Assembly (NCBI GenBank): GCA_951406725.2 | Contig: OX597837.1 | Location: forward strand, 40,114,001 to 40,178,000 | DNA: 64,000 nt | Reading direction: 5' to 3' | Source of the DNA: Octopus vulgaris | Lineage: Eukaryota | Shown: piece after piece, positions 1 to 14,047 of the stretch | How positions within the stretch are numbered: position 1 is the stretch's first letter | How the letters are laid out: each line of letters begins with the position of its first letter | Position numbers and translations under genes: made by a program | The notes under the pieces: model-generated | Seen by the model: only the letters and a program-made list of their open reading frames with translations | Database searches by the model: none | Told to the model about the DNA's origin: nothing

Positions 1-225
1 TTGTTCTCCCTGTGTTTAGCCCCTTGTGGGTAGTAAAGAAATAGGTATTTCGTCTGCCGCTGTATTGTCACATTCACTCGCACTATATATATATATCTTG
101 CCATGTTTTCTCGAATATTTCACATGTATCCTAATGTTAGCTCTTAAATTATATACATATTGTTCTGTTAGATCATATCTGACACATCAACCGCCACAAT
201 AGCTCGTAAATTACACATGTTTATA

Positions 226-630
226 GGCGCAGGAGTGGCTGTGCGGTAAGTAGCTTGCTTACCAACCACATGGTTATGGGTTCAGTTCTACTGCGTGGCA
301 CTTTGGGTTAGTGTCTTCTACTATAGCCTCGGGCCGACCAAAGCCTTGTCAGACGGAAACTGAAAGAAGCCCGTCATATATATGTATATGTATATATATG
401 TATATATGTGTGTGTGCGTGTTTGTGTGTCTTTGTTTGTCCCCACACCATCACCTGACAAGCGATGCTGGTGTGTCTACGCCCCTGTAACTTTGCGGTTC
501 GGCAAAAGATTCCCATAGAATAAGTACTAGGCTTACTAGGAATAAGTTCTGGGGCTGATATGCTCGACTAAAGACGGTACTCCAGCATGGCCTCAGTCAA
601 ATGACTGAAACAAGTAAATTAGTAAAAACA
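226..630 (+). mobile_element. tRNA-derived SINE family A (internal TA/TG microsatellite, CR1-like 3' tail)
   Basis: Head GGCGCAGGAGTGGCTGTGCGGTAAG...GGTTCAGTTC (A/B-box-like), tail CCAGCATGGCC..GTCAAATGACTGAAACAAGTAAA; many similar copies in window. Confidence 0.85.
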
Positions 631-769
631 GAATGGTATGTATACTACACACGTATCGCTGCGTTAGCTCGTACATTACACCTGTGTTACTCCGTTAGCA
701 GGTACATTTCACACCTACCGCCAAGGTTAGCTCGTATATTAAACATGTATCACTACGTTATATCATGCA

Positions 770-1149
770 CTAACAGTATCGCCCGGCGTTGCTTAGGTTT
801 GTTTTGACCCTTTAGAATTGGAATTTTTGAAGAGTAGACATTTTGCATTATGTAGCTTGTTATTCTCTTTGGGTGAACATTTTTCTGGTTGAAATACACC
901 GAAAAATGGCGACACAGCAGTAAAAAAATCGGGATTTTCATAGAAAAGAAGCACCTTTTTGATTTAAATAATTTTTGGTCTTAACATGATCCGATTTAAA
1001 TTTTATCTTCTACGGAAGGAAGAGAAAGCCTTCTTCTATCACACTGTCAATTTTGGTCAACTTGCGTCTAAGGGTCTCGAAGGAGATAGTGTTAGTTAAA
1101 GGCTACCAAACCTGCCACACACAGACAACTTCAGCTTTATATATATAGA
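770..1149 (-). mobile_element. Non-autonomous Helitron (Lep1/HINE-like)
   Basis: Minus strand starts A|TC-TATATATAAAGC, has TGTCTGTGTG, ends with GC hairpin (GCAACGCCGGGCG) and TTAG|T; same termini as 4623-5005. Confidence 0.7.
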
Positions 1150-1780
1150 TTACGCATGTTTTGCCACGTTACCTGCTGCATAACATATCTATAGCCACGC
1201 TAGTTCAAACATTACACACAAATCTCTACATTAGCTCACTCATTACGCAAATACCACCACGTTAGTTCGTCTTAATACACTGAAATCTTGTTACATGTAC
1301 CGCCGTCACCAAAAAGAAGCGGTCGATTTACAAATCATTTTCCAGTGAAAAATTTTCTTTTGATAAATGACTTGCAAGTCACGATATCTCTGTAATAGTA
1401 AAATTACCGTGTTTCTTACTAGTTTATTATTTACAATAAATTCGAATAAAGAAGATTGCTAAATAATTAAATTACACAGTTAATATTATATTGTGTTTGT
1501 AGTAGTTTACTCAAGACTTTTAAACTGTAAGTCGTACGATTCTTTCTGCCAATTTAGTCAAAATTATTTCTAAAATCCGATTACCAAAGCAAAATGCAGT
1601 TCATTTGATGGATAGAAATAAAATGCAATAAAATCAGTTTAATTATATAAATTCTGAAGTGTAACTGCAGACTTAGAATATTCACATCCATATTATTCAT
1701 GTGTGTGTTTTGCATTTATTTGGTAAATGAACATCAATGATCTATTTAACATCTGATGGTCGGTCGGACACGTGATCACG

Positions 1781-1822
<42 letters not shown>

Positions 1823-1826
<4 letters not shown>

Positions 1827-2116
1827 CGTGATCACGTGTCCGACCAGACCATCAGATGTTGTTACACATCGCTGGTTACAATGCGTTCGCATTGTTTTTT
1901 TTAGCCTTCGAATGACGCCACCCCGCTGGCTAAGCGAGCAGGCCAACAAAAGAAAGAGTGGTGAAAGAGTACAGCTGGGATCACGACCCACTGCCGGAGC
2001 CTCCTGGAGTTTTGAGGTGTTTTCGCTCAATAAACACACACAACGCCCGGTCTGGGAATCGAAACTGCGGTTCTACGACCGCGAGTCCGCTGCACTAACC
2101 ACTGGGCCATTGCGAC
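1823..2116 (-). mobile_element. SINE family C, tail variant 2
   Basis: Minus head CAATGGCCCAGTGGTTAGTGCAGCGGACTCGCGGTCG..GTTTCGATTCCC; tail ..CATCTGATGGTCTGGTCGGACACGTGATCACGT; homologous to 60731-61032. Confidence 0.8.
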
Positions 2117-2117
2117 A

Positions 2118-2187
<70 letters not shown>

Positions 2188-2189
2188 CC

Positions 2190-2600
2190 TAGAGGGCCTT
2201 GTCCCGAATTTTGGCATTGAAAGTTACCCCAACAGCAGAACGGGGCCCCAATGCATGGTGCGAAAGATTCCAACATCACCATCAAAATACAGGAACAGAT
2301 ACTGCAACACCTTGGGTTTCCAGGGCACCACAGCTCTTCAATATCCTTCCTAAATGCCTGAGAGACCTGCTTGGTGTGGATGTGGGTTGCTTTAAAACTA
2401 AACTGGATCTCTTCTTGTCGGGGGTCCCAGATGAACCTACCTCTCCGCAGGAAACACAGATGCGGGTAGCGGCGTCGAAATCCCTTGTTGACCAAGTGCC
2501 ACGTATAAGAGGTGGTTTCACATACTAGTGTATCACATTCAACGGTGGTGCCCCAGCATAGCCGCAGCTTTCGAGCTGAAACATTTTAAAGAATTAAAGG
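2190..2600 (+). mobile_element. CR1-like LINE, 3' end fragment
   Basis: APQLFNILPKCLRDL..FKTKLDLFLSGVPDEP, typical C-terminal motif after CR1-group RT; homologous to 17030-17405. Confidence 0.8.
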
Positions 2601-2642
<42 letters not shown>

Positions 2643-2906
2643 CATGGTTCTTCACCACTCTCTGAACTGCCCTGCGTTGCCCATGCATCATCCACGCGTA
2701 ACATAGACAGCACGCGACAAACATACATTAGTTGCATGAAGGCGCACATTGGGATGATCGTCCGGTGGGGTTATGGCAATTTTGTTTCTTTTAAAGCGAA
2801 AACACTGATGGACTTGCTTAGCACAAAACAGATTCACTTAGAATTAGTGTTGTCACGAGGCCAAAGATACATAAAACCGGAGCTTTAATCCGGGTTTCAT
2901 CCGAGC

Positions 2907-2942
2907 TTTAATCCGTACCTCCATATGGAGGTACGGATTAAA
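2907..2942. repeat. Perfect 36-bp palindrome
   Basis: TTTAATCCGTACCTCCAT|ATGGAGGTACGGATTAAA. Confidence 0.9.
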
Positions 2943-4622
2943 AATCCTGTAAGGGGAAGGAAAATAATTAACAGATCCATAAACTGAATTAAGGTTGTAA
3001 AGAATATGACCTCAAATTCAGACGAGGTGTTTTCAAATATTTGATATATGGAAATATTATTATTTATAAATTAAATACGAGTTAAGATAGAGATGAAAGA
3101 TGAAAAACGAAAATCAAACAATCAAACAAAAAAACAAAAAAATGGAAGATGAGAAACAGTTTGAATCTTGTATGACTGCGGCTACGCTTCGAATTTTCTA
3201 TTACTAAATTAATTTATTACATTTTATGTTTGTGCTTCAATGATCTGCAAATTTACTTTCATAACCAAATGTTAGAAATAATTTCTAAATTAAAAGACTT
3301 GAAAGACCAGTTCTAGCTTCCTGGGACTCTAGATTTATTTAGTATTAATAATTTTAAGGGAAGGTGGGGTACTCGAGTAGATCAGTCACAATATTTGACG
3401 GGTACTTTATTTTATCGACGTGGGAGGAATGAAGAACAAGTTGACCTCGGTTGGTGGTGAACACAAAATGTAAAGAGCCGAAGGGCCACAAGGAATTTTG
3501 GCCGACGGTCTAAAGATTTTTCAACCCACAAAGTCCAACCTTTATTTCGTTGTTATGACTTGTGTCCCCGAGCGCTGTCTCATCGGCGAGCAAGCTTCTG
3601 GTAAGTCCTCCCATGCTGAACGGGTCATACATATCAGGACCTCCTATTTCTAGAGGCGAGAATGGATTTCGTGGGGGCCAACAGATCTACCGAGCAACAT
3701 GTAAAGTTACAGAAGCTTCGGTGACAATTCAAAACCAAAAAGACCCGGAGAGGGAGTCGTTACCTTCCCTCAGGGAGGCGGGGTACAAGCACAGATCTGA
3801 AAAAGCAGGGACCCAAATTGAGAGAAGAAAATAACCCAAAGTCGAGAACAGGGAAGAAAATTCGTTGAATGTCTAATGCTCAATGGAGAATGAAGGGCCT
3901 AAGTAAGTCAAAAGATTTTGTCATTTTACCGCGCTTAATTAATATCAATAATCACACATCTGATAGCATTGTTAATGCAGTAAAACCAACATGTCTTACT
4001 ACATTAACATACCTTAATCGTAAGGTTGGTGGTAGATTCTAAAAGTACAACTACAATGGTATTTTAAATATCTGGGACAGAGATTTTGTTAAAGAGTGGC
4101 AATTTCTAAATGTGTTTCTTTCTTCAACCTGATCAAGAGAACTATTTTTTCACGTCAATATCTTCTCATTTCCCGAATTTTGAGCGGTACCGATACATCA
4201 TTTTTGCAAGAGTCTAGTATACTCAAAGAGATAATGCTTCAGTAAATTCTTCATTGCTTCTAGTAACCATATTGGTTCCAATTTAGTTATTGATGACGTT
4301 GTTATTCATGTGTTGTTATGTTTTTTTAACTTTTGCCCTGACATGGTATGCAAGGGGTTATCTGGTTTTTATTTTTGTTTCGTATGTATGTCTAAAGAAG
4401 GTCACTCACAGACACACAAAAGGACCCAAGGTAGATAAGGTCCTTCGGCCATCAATGATGAGGTAAAATCACACACATCGTGCATCCTGATAACTACTGG
4501 GATCAGAGCACTTCTTGCACCAAACCAACACAAGTTTCAAGGGCGAGAGAGAGAGAGAGAGAAAGACAGAGCCTGTACAAACTAGTCTTACTGCATTTTT
4601 TATTTATTTATTTATTTATTTA

Positions 4623-5004
4623 CTAGCAGTATCGCCCGGCGTTGCTCAGGTTTGTAAGGGAAATAACTATAAAGCATTTTTAGAGAGTTATAGCAAAAAA
4701 ATAGCAAAAAAAATGGAAAAAAAATGATGGTAAATTTTTTTTGAGAGTTAAAAAAGGTGGAGTTGCGTCCCCTAGACGGTCTGTGGTTTGGGCTTCTGAT
4801 TCTCGACCCCATGACGAATTTATCGATTTTTTTCAGAACTGGGGGAATTTAAAATTTTCGCTGCGTTAGTTTTGAATTATGACATTGGGCTATGTGTGTG
4901 TCAAGTTTCATCAGAATCGGTTGAAAGCCGTGGTCAGGGTGAGGGTACAAGCAAACAGACACACAGAAACACGCACAGACAAACTGCCGTTTATATAGAG
5001 AGAG

Positions 5005-5005
<1 letters not shown>
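4623..5005 (-). mobile_element. Non-autonomous Helitron
   Basis: Minus strand A|TC start, subterminal hairpin CCTGAGCAACGCCGGG, CTAG|T end, no TSD. Confidence 0.75.
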
Positions 5006-5073
<68 letters not shown>

Positions 5074-5078
5074 TATTA

Positions 5079-5330
5079 TATATTTGACTTTTGCTTTACA
5101 TTTGTACAAGTTGCCTCCAAGTCTCACCCAGAGACCTCAAGAAACAACAGGTTGGAAGTTCACGTTGTTTTTATGCTTAGTGTGCCATATATTTGGTTTT
5201 GTACATAGTGTTGTACTAGTGAATGTCAAAAAAAAATCATACGAAAATCAGGTTTGTTTTAAAACTTGAGATTACATAGAAAGTATTTTGCGTAGGATAT
5301 GAGCAGTTCCCATGAGCACCATCTTTTGAA
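5079..5330 (-). mobile_element. R4/Dong-like non-LTR retrotransposon, 3' end, within (TAA)n
   Basis: Minus frame QKMVLMGTAHILRKILSM* plus 3'UTR homologous to 23178-23428; (ATT)n on both sides. Confidence 0.8.
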
Positions 5331-5386
<56 letters not shown>

Positions 5387-5722
5387 GCAAATATACCCAC
5401 ATACACTCTATTGATTCGTCACTCGTTTATTACTGTTCTTAATATAAGTGAAATCTTTCGTCATATATTTATGATCTCTTCGGCGACATTTTCCGTCCTC
5501 GTATATCCTCCTGCTCCGCTTAGTCCATACAGGTGTGTGACGCAAGATTTCCTGACAGTGGACATCAGTTAAAATAAGAAAAGTAAAAAAACGAGTGAAG
5601 AACGAATATATAGCACGAATGTTTATTTGGCAAAAAAAAAAAGAGAAAAAAAGTTACCATCCCGAAATGTAACTCTCACTCTGTCTCTGTCTCTCTCTGT
5701 CTCTCTCTCTCTCTCTCTCTCC

Positions 5723-5761
<39 letters not shown>

Positions 5762-5763
5762 CG

Positions 5764-5811
<48 letters not shown>

Positions 5812-6997
5812 CATATATATATAAACACACACACATGTGGTGGTTTTACAGAAAGCTGTATATGTAGTGGCTGAGACAGAAAACGAAAGACATTTGCTGA
5901 TTAGAAGATAATAATTTCTAAGCATATCCTTCTTTTCACTTCTATGGAAAATTTTCTGTTTCAAAGAGTGAAAAAAGTGAGAAGAGCCTACATCTTATTG
6001 CAGATAATTCTAATTCTTTTATTCTTATTCTTAGTTTTTTTTTTTTATAATGTTATACGTGTATGTGAGTGTGCGCGCGTTTATTTCTGTCTGATATTGT
6101 AATGCGCAGCTTGCTTGATTTAAGATAGTGGGATGCGATTTGAAAGAGATTTGAATACGATTCTTCGTAAGATTAAAAAAAGCCGTATAGGATAGGCTTC
6201 CTTCTTTGATTCGTTCACATTTCATTTTAGAACTTTTAGTATTAAAATGACATTTAATTTATTCCTAAGATATATTTACGAATGAAGTCTGATGTTTTTG
6301 CCCGGAGCTAAATATAGTTGGAAAAAAAGATAATTCATTTGATTATAAAGTAAATAACATGGCGCAGAGTTATAAACATGTTCGTTCACTTTGCTGACTA
6401 TAAACACCCTTTGGCTATTAGTTTCATTTTGGGATCAGGGTGGTGGTGGCAGCAGACTATTATGGACATCAGTTTCTGGTTTCGTCCTTAATCTGCAAAA
6501 CACCAGCGTTTCCCAATTCGAAAATAAATATTTTAATATATAATGTGTGTTGTGACATAACGTAAATTATGTTATTTTAAAGAAAATATTAACGTCTTCT
6601 TTCTTTCTGAGGACAATTTCTGGTTTTTCAGTCTGATATATTGATTTAAAAATCTTTTGCAAAACTGTCTGGTCCATTGAACCTCATCGAATATACTTAC
6701 ATATATACATCCATCCAAACATACATACATACATACATACATACATACATACATACATACATACATACATCATATATATATATATATATAATGCATACAA
6801 TCATATATACATATATGTATATATACTTATATATATATATATATATACATATCTATATATGTTTATGCGTATGTATATATATACATATATATAAACATAA
6901 ATATATATATACATATATATAAACATAAATATATATATACATATATACATATATATATATACACACACATATATATATATATACATATATACATACA

Positions 6998-7035
<38 letters not shown>

Positions 7036-7207
7036 CACACACAAGCACACACGCACACACACACATATATATGTATATATGAATACAAATACATGCATAC
7101 ACACATACATACCTATACATACATGCATACAGACATATATATATATCTACATACATATAAACATACATACATACACATACATGCGCACATATATAAATAA
7201 ATAAGTG

Positions 7208-7254
<47 letters not shown>

Positions 7255-7480
7255 CATTGAAGAAGTCATACGAAGACATAAATTATACATTCATATATTT
7301 AAGTATTTTCATATACAAATACATATCCGTATTTCTAAGTGTACATTAGCATACACACCTATATGATTATATACAGGCAGACGTACTTATGAATGTATGT
7401 ATATATGTTTTACATGTATGTACGTACGTATATATTTGTGTATGCATATATCTATCTATCCCTCTATCTAACCTTCCATC

Positions 7481-7543
<63 letters not shown>

Positions 7544-8173
7544 TATACATATATACATATATACATATATATACATATATACATACACATAAATTTAATT
7601 AAGTTGCATGAATGTGTACTTATATACATATATGTCCGTATTCAACGAAATTAGAAAAGCGCTAAGTTGTTATATCAATATGGCGTACGAAGAATTTGCG
7701 ATTCAATTTTTAAACAAACTCAACATTCGACCAGAGGCTGTTTTAATAGCCAGGTGATCGATAATATGAAAATAAAAATAAAAACATAAAAAATAAATAA
7801 AACAAAACAAAATAAAAAAGCCTCAAACAAATAAGCAAAATCAGATACGATATGTTTATCGATGTTATTTTCGTGGTAAGCGTTGTCATCTGTCGAAGTT
7901 TGATAAAATTGCGCGTTTATTGATTTGAGCGACAAACAGACAACGATAAACCGGATTCTCTCTTTAATCTCAAAAACCGGTTTTTTGGCTCTTTTATATT
8001 TTATTTCCCTAATTTGTACAACGACGTAAACGCACATGCGGTATGTACACGGTGTCGCATTACGATAGGTGATGTTTTATTATATTTACTATAATTTACC
8101 AGATCATGGGTCCGTTGCCTCTATTTAAACGTGCTTGTTTCAGTCCTGGTTGCTTCCCTTTAAAATGTGTAAC

Positions 8174-8890
8174 GTGAAGGCGCATGAAGTGGTGGTTAGG
8201 GAGTTCATATCTCGGTGGTAACGTCGTGAGATAAGGCGGTGAGCTGGCAGAAATTTTAGCACGCCGGGCGAAATGCTTAGCGGTATTTTGTCTGCCGCTA
8301 CGTTCTGAGTTCAAATTCCGCCGAGGTCGACTTTGCCTTTCATCCTTTCGGGGTCGATAAATTAAATACCAGTTACGCACTGGAGTCGATATAATCGACT
8401 TAATCCGTTTGTCTGTCCTTGTTTGTCCCCTCTGTGTTTAGCCCCTTGTGGGTTGTAATGAAATAGGTATTTCGTCTGTCTTTACGTTCTGAGTTCAAAT
8501 TGCGCCGAGGTCAACTTTACCTTTCATCCTTTCGGAGTCGATTAAATAAGTATCAGTTACGCAATGAGGTCGATGTAATCGACTTAATCCGTGTGTCTGT
8601 CTTAGTTTGTCCTCTCTGTGTTTAACCCCTTGTGGGTAGTAAAGAAATAGGTATTGTCGTGAGATCGGTCCCTAGCGGCGTGTTGTGTCCTTGGACAAGG
8701 CACTTTATTTCACCTTAATTCAGTCCACTCAGCTGTCAAAAGTAAGTTGTACATATAATTTACATTGAGAGTCACGGTAAATCTTTGTGAGAACCATGTT
8801 AAGGACACACGCGTCTGAGTAGTGCTCAGCCACTTGCAAGTTAAATTTGAACTGGAACCCTCATCGTCGTCATCGACCAAATGCTTGTTA
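8174..8890 (+). mobile_element. Old tRNA/CORE-like SINE interrupted by a SINE-B dimer
   Basis: Head at 8174-8232 resumes at 8656 with GTGTTGTGTCCTTGGACAAGGCACTT; GTCGTGAGAT duplicated at 8223-8232 and 8656-8665. Confidence 0.65.
8233..8655 (+). mobile_element. SINE family B, head-to-tail dimer
   Basis: GGCGGTGAGCTGGCAGAA..GAGTTCAAATTCC..GTCGACTTTGCCTTTCATCCTTTCGGGGTCGATAAA; body repeated twice; 10-bp TSD. Confidence 0.85.
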
Positions 8891-8924
8891 CCTGGACACT
8901 GCTGTTTCGATTCCTAGCTCTTAT

Positions 8925-9160
8925 AGTGCCGGTAGCCCGGTTTCCATGGCATATCTGTGAGCGAGACCTTAGCATTCCTCTACAACGGAACGAGACGCCA
9001 ATCTGCAGCCGGGTTGCTCATTTACAGCTGAGTGGACTGGGCCGAGAGAAATGAAGTGTTTTTGCTAAAGAGCACCACACACTACCGGTATCGGGAATCA
9101 AAATCACGACCATACGATCGCGATTGCAACACCCTAACCACCTGACCACACGTCTTCACT
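8925..9160 (-). mobile_element. Degenerate tRNA/CORE-like SINE
   Basis: Minus GTGGTTAGGGTG..GATTCCCG..CCAGTCCACTCAGCTGTAAATGAG..GGAAACCGGG. Confidence 0.6.
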
Positions 9161-9493
9161 TAATCATTGAGAGTGTCTGTGTATCGAAAAACAGATTCTA
9201 TCTTTAATCTTACCAAACCATTCTTCATCTTATATATCCCATTCATCTAAGTTTTACAACGGGACGGACACACATATTCTACAAACGGAGCATGGGCCGC
9301 AGTTTAACAAGAAACAAGGATAAGAAAAGACAAACGATTAAAGATACGTTGATATTGCTTGATTGTCCTTCATTGGGATTCTATTTCTGGCAATAGGAAT
9401 ACTTGTTTAGGGTTCACAGTTTATGGAAGGGTTTTTTGTGTATACATTTTCAAGAGGAAACCAAGATCACTAAGATTCACCTTTGTACAGCGC

Positions 9494-9707
9494 TTACTCT
9501 TTTACTCTTTTACTTGTTGCAGTCATGTGACTGTGGCCATGCTGGAGCACCGCCTTTAGTCGAGCAAATCGACCCCGGGACTTTTTTTTTTTTTTGCAAG
9601 CCTAGTACTTATTCCATCGGTCTCTTTTGCCGAACCGCTATGTTACGGGGACGTAAACACACCAGCATTGATTGTCAAGCGATGTAGGAGGGACAAATAC
9701 AGACACA

Positions 9708-9743
<36 letters not shown>

Positions 9744-9933
9744 TATATATATATGTATGTATATATGCATACGACGGGCTTCTTTCGGTTTCCGTCTACC
9801 AAATCCACTCACAAGGCTTTGATGGGCTCGAGGCTATAGTAGAAGACACTTGCCCAAAGTGTCACGCAGTGGGACTGAACCCGGAACCATGTGGTTGGTA
9901 AGCAAGCTACTTACCACACAGCCACTCCTACGC
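9494..9933 (-). mobile_element. SINE family A
   Basis: Full-length reverse-complement match to 226-630 and 13570-14030. Confidence 0.85.
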
Positions 9934-12636
9934 ACTCACGATCACATGGTCGTGATTTCGATTCCCGATACCGTGCTGTGTTGTGCTCTTGAGCGAAACA
10001 TATTTTATAGATATTTCGCTTGATAAACAGATGAGCCGGACAGATAGTATTTGAACTTAGATTTCAGACGAATTGGAAGTAAATACCATAACATTTTTTT
10101 TTTTTTCAACATTTTATCGATTCGACTACTGAAGTGAAATAAATATTGATTTTTAACTTTGGCAAAAGGCCACAATTTTTTTTTTCCTTTTTGTTTTTGT
10201 GTGGAAAGGTGTATTATCGATTAAATGAAAAAAACTAGAAGAATGATGTTACTTATCTGATCAACTTTGGAAGAATGGCAGGTTTCGGTGAAAAAGAAAA
10301 AAAATACAGAAAAAGAATCTCGTACACCAACTTGAACTCAGATTGTAAGTGTGAGAAATATTTCATCTCGTGTTGTAATGGATTTAATGAAGTTGCCATT
10401 TCGCCAGAATGAAGAAGAGATCGATTTTATCAATACCAGTGATCATCCCGGGTCTTATAATTCTATTAACCCAGCGAAAATGAAAAGCAAAGTCGAGTTT
10501 GGCGGAATTAGAAGTCAAAGGGTAAGGAACCGGTAGAAATACATTTTACAGCGACCCAAGGATACTGACAACACGCTAGAAAAGAAGGCACGCAGTGGGA
10601 CTGAACCTAGAACCATGTGGTTGGGAAGCGAAACTTCTTACAACACAGCCACACCTTAGCCTATGTTTGATTTCGGAAAAAAAAAAAAAAAGGTAAAGGG
10701 TAATATGGTCTGTTTGATTAGATCTGACCTGGTGGTAAACACATTCACCGCCACCACCACCACCGCAATAACAACACTAATAACAACAATGACAAATAAA
10801 TCTATCACATGTTCCGAAATGCTTAGCTTCACAAGAATATACAGGATTTATTTGTTGCCTTTAAAAGAGAAACCATACAGAAAGGAAAAACGAAAAAGAA
10901 AGGCAGCTTTAAGAAACAACACCAAAGTACCACCACATCAATCCCACTTGTGTTCTAATCATCAGAATCACTAATAAAATTATCATTTTTTTCTAACGCT
11001 AGGTGGGCATTAATCTACAATGCTTTGATATTCTTTGTATATCCATCAGAGAATTATATCTAAAGGAATTATGAAGAATCAGTACAGCATTATGATGACA
11101 ATAGCAAAATAACAATTTCGTGTTATGTGTACGATTTTTAGCAGAGATGAAATGAAAGTTGTTCTATAAAGGCTTAGATTTTCCCCTTGGAAAAAGGTCG
11201 GTCAATTTGGACATCTTGACACAAAGATTCGTTCTTCAATATGCAGACCCTGTTTAAACAAGCTTAAATTCCTTTACTAGCAAACCTAAAGGTGCAGATT
11301 GCCTTCATGTAAATCTGTATAAAAGAATGGTTGAAAAGAAGGTGAATGCAATTCATGTTTGCAGAAAAAAAAATTGCTGCTACCGTCTTTTATCTAAAGC
11401 TTAGGCAGAGATCGAAGAGAAACGGTTATAAACTTTCGGCAGAAATTACAAGATTGATAAGGAATAAAAGATTCGATGTGAATACAAGAGTTAGCGGTTC
11501 CGGTATGCCAAAGATCAGTCATTGAGATCAGGCTGTGATATGAAAATAGGTACGATCCAGCAAACGGTTTTTCAATACTGGGGTCGAATCATTTGAGAAA
11601 AGAATTCAAGGTGGTGCCCCAGCATGGCCGTAGTCAAGTCAGTGAAACAAGTAAAAGATTAAATCATGTTTGTCTGTTTGTCTGTGTGTCTGTATACATA
11701 GACATAAAATAAGTATAAGAAGTGCCTACATATGTTTCAATCTGGTCACTATGTAAACAGTGCTTCGGAAGGTTCGAACCAGATTAAGAGTTTTAGATGT
11801 AAAAAATTCCAAAGGTGACCAGATTTCTTCAGGGAAGTCTCGTGCAAAACGCTAATGCTAACATATTTTTTCACAGGAATTCGTGTTGGTGGCATAAAAC
11901 TTCCTTGATAAGATGGATGTGGTCTACATATTCATAATCTATATTAGTTTGTTAGAAAAGTAAGAGGGGGCGCCGAGGAAGTAATAGTGGGAGGTATTAG
12001 CTAATCAAAACTTTCTAAAAAAAATCTATTAGGGATTTGAGAAAAGACGGTTATGTGTTTTGAGGGACAATATATATTTGATTTAAGAGAAAATATAGAC
12101 GTTTAAGGGTTATGAGAGACATTATGTAATTTGGGTAAGATATTGTGAAGACGATAAGTAAAAAGACTGGATTGCAGAGAAAAGACAGGGAAATAGGGAG
12201 AGATAAGGAAAAAATATAAAAAAAGTAAGAATATAGAGAGAAATAAATTTGCTGGAGGAAAGAATAACGAAATAAGATTATAGTTAATTGAAAGGAGCTG
12301 TAAATAACAAATGTGCAGATTTCAATATTTTTGAAGTTATTGCTAAAAAAGAATAGGCCATATTGTACACTTGGGTAATTCTAGAGCAGGAATTAAATTA
12401 AAGGTTCATTCGTAAAGGAGTGTATATTTTTTTTACTTAAGATCAATTAATAGTGGAGGGTATAGATGTAAAATAAAATTTAAAGATACAGATTTATCGT
12501 TAGGTTATGAAGAAAATTTTTATTAAGTATTTTAAAGAAAGATTAATGCCTTTAGTGTTATCTGGCATTTCAATACATTAACAGATATATTCAGTTGTAC
12601 AGAAAAATTATGTGGTTCCAAAAAATTATATCATAA

Positions 12637-13199
12637 TGGGTTGTCCGGAAAGTTCGTGCCGTTTTATAGTAGCTTACCTCTCGACTTATTTTAGAACATA
12701 GTTGAGTCCATAAAATAGCATTTGACTACACCTCCATTTAGAGCACAGCTTAAGCTATCTTTTCGTGGAATAAGGTTTATGTTCCTATAACCTGTGTTAA
12801 TTCTGTAACCCTTTAAAATGGAAGATAAGCAAGTTCATTTTCGGCACTTGATGCTTTGGGAACCAGACAAAAATTGCTGCAACTCGGCTGGGATGTGTTA
12901 TCCCACCCTCCATATTCACTAGATATTGGGCCTTGGGATTTCCACTTATTCAGGTTCTGCAGAATAGTCTTAATGGTAAAAATGTTAATTCCTTGGATGA
13001 CGCAAAAATATATCTTGATGAATTCTTTGCCATGAAACCACCTCAATTCTGGGAAGAAGGTATTTTCAAGTTAAAGGAAAGATGGAGACGCATTGTGCAA
13101 CAAAATGGTTCATATTTGCTTGATTAAAAATGTAATGGCAAGTATTTATTGACCTTTTTCTTTCCTTTAAAAATCTGCACGAACTTTCCGGACAACCCA
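12637..13199 (+). mobile_element. Internally deleted mariner transposon
   Basis: 23-bp TIRs TGGGTTGTCCGGAAAGTTCGTGC / GCACGAACTTTCCGGACAACCCA; MEDKQVHFRHLML (12818) joined to LGWDVLSHPPYSLDIGPWDFHLF...KLKERWRRIVQQNGSYL. Confidence 0.9.
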
Positions 13200-13569
13200 A
13201 CACATACTTCTATGAGGAATTTAAGGATTTGTGCAAAATCAACGAAAAATATAAGGTACTTACATATTTTTTGAAAAAAAGAAACCTCGCTTCTTATTCT
13301 AAAATAAATGTTATAATCAAGAACAACTGGTTATCTCCCTTTGTCTATTTAGGTGAAAATAATTGGATTAATTGACAAAACAAATTTAGAAAGAAGTATA
13401 TTGAGGAAATAGAGAAGAATGAAAAAACATTTTCCAAGCGAAGCCCACTGTAAGTATGAATATAAACTATGTGTATGATACAGATACATGCGCATGCACA
13501 TATACATACAGATACATACTCGTATACATATATGTACATACATACACACACACACACACATATATATAT

Positions 13570-13737
13570 AGGAGTGGCTGTGTGGTAAGTAGCTTGCTAA
13601 CCAACCACATGGTTCCGGGTTCAGTCCCACTGCGTGGCATCTTGGGCAAGTGTCTTCTGCTATAGCCCCGGGCCGACCAATGCCTTGCGAGTGAATTTGG
13701 TAGACGGAAACTGAAAGAAGCCTGTCGTATATATGTA

Positions 13738-13797
<60 letters not shown>

Positions 13798-14030
13798 AAT
13801 ATATATGTATGTATGTGGGTGTTTGTGCGTCTGTGTTTGTCCCCCTAGCATTGCTTGACAACCGATGTTGGTGTGTTTACGTCCGCGTCACTTAGCGGTT
13901 CGGCAAAAGAGACCGATAGAATAAGTACTGGGCTTACAAAGAATAAGTCCCGGGGCCGATTTGCTCGACTAAATGCGGTGCTCCAGCATGGCCACAGTCA
14001 AATAGCTGAAACAAGTAAAAAGAGTAAAAG
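13570..14030 (+). mobile_element. SINE family A
   Basis: Near-full copy with internal (TA)n and GTAAAAAGAGTAAAAGA tail. Confidence 0.85.
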
Positions 14031-14047
14031 ATATATATATATATATA

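Larger units (their letters stand above)
90..1300. repeat. Degenerate minisatellite (about 35-40 bp, ACGTTAGCTCGTACATTACACATGT-like) interrupted by a SINE and a Helitron
   Basis: Recurrent GTTAGCTC..ATTACAC units at 90-220, 640-768 and 1150-1300. Confidence 0.6.

Noticed and set aside
5448-5490. Minus CCGAAGA-GATCATA..TATGAC-GAAA hammerhead-like motif
   Set aside because: Stems I and III do not pair convincingly; at best a decayed relic
11000-12600. Purine-rich stretch that might be decayed LINE coding sequence
   Set aside because: No diagnostic motif readable by eye
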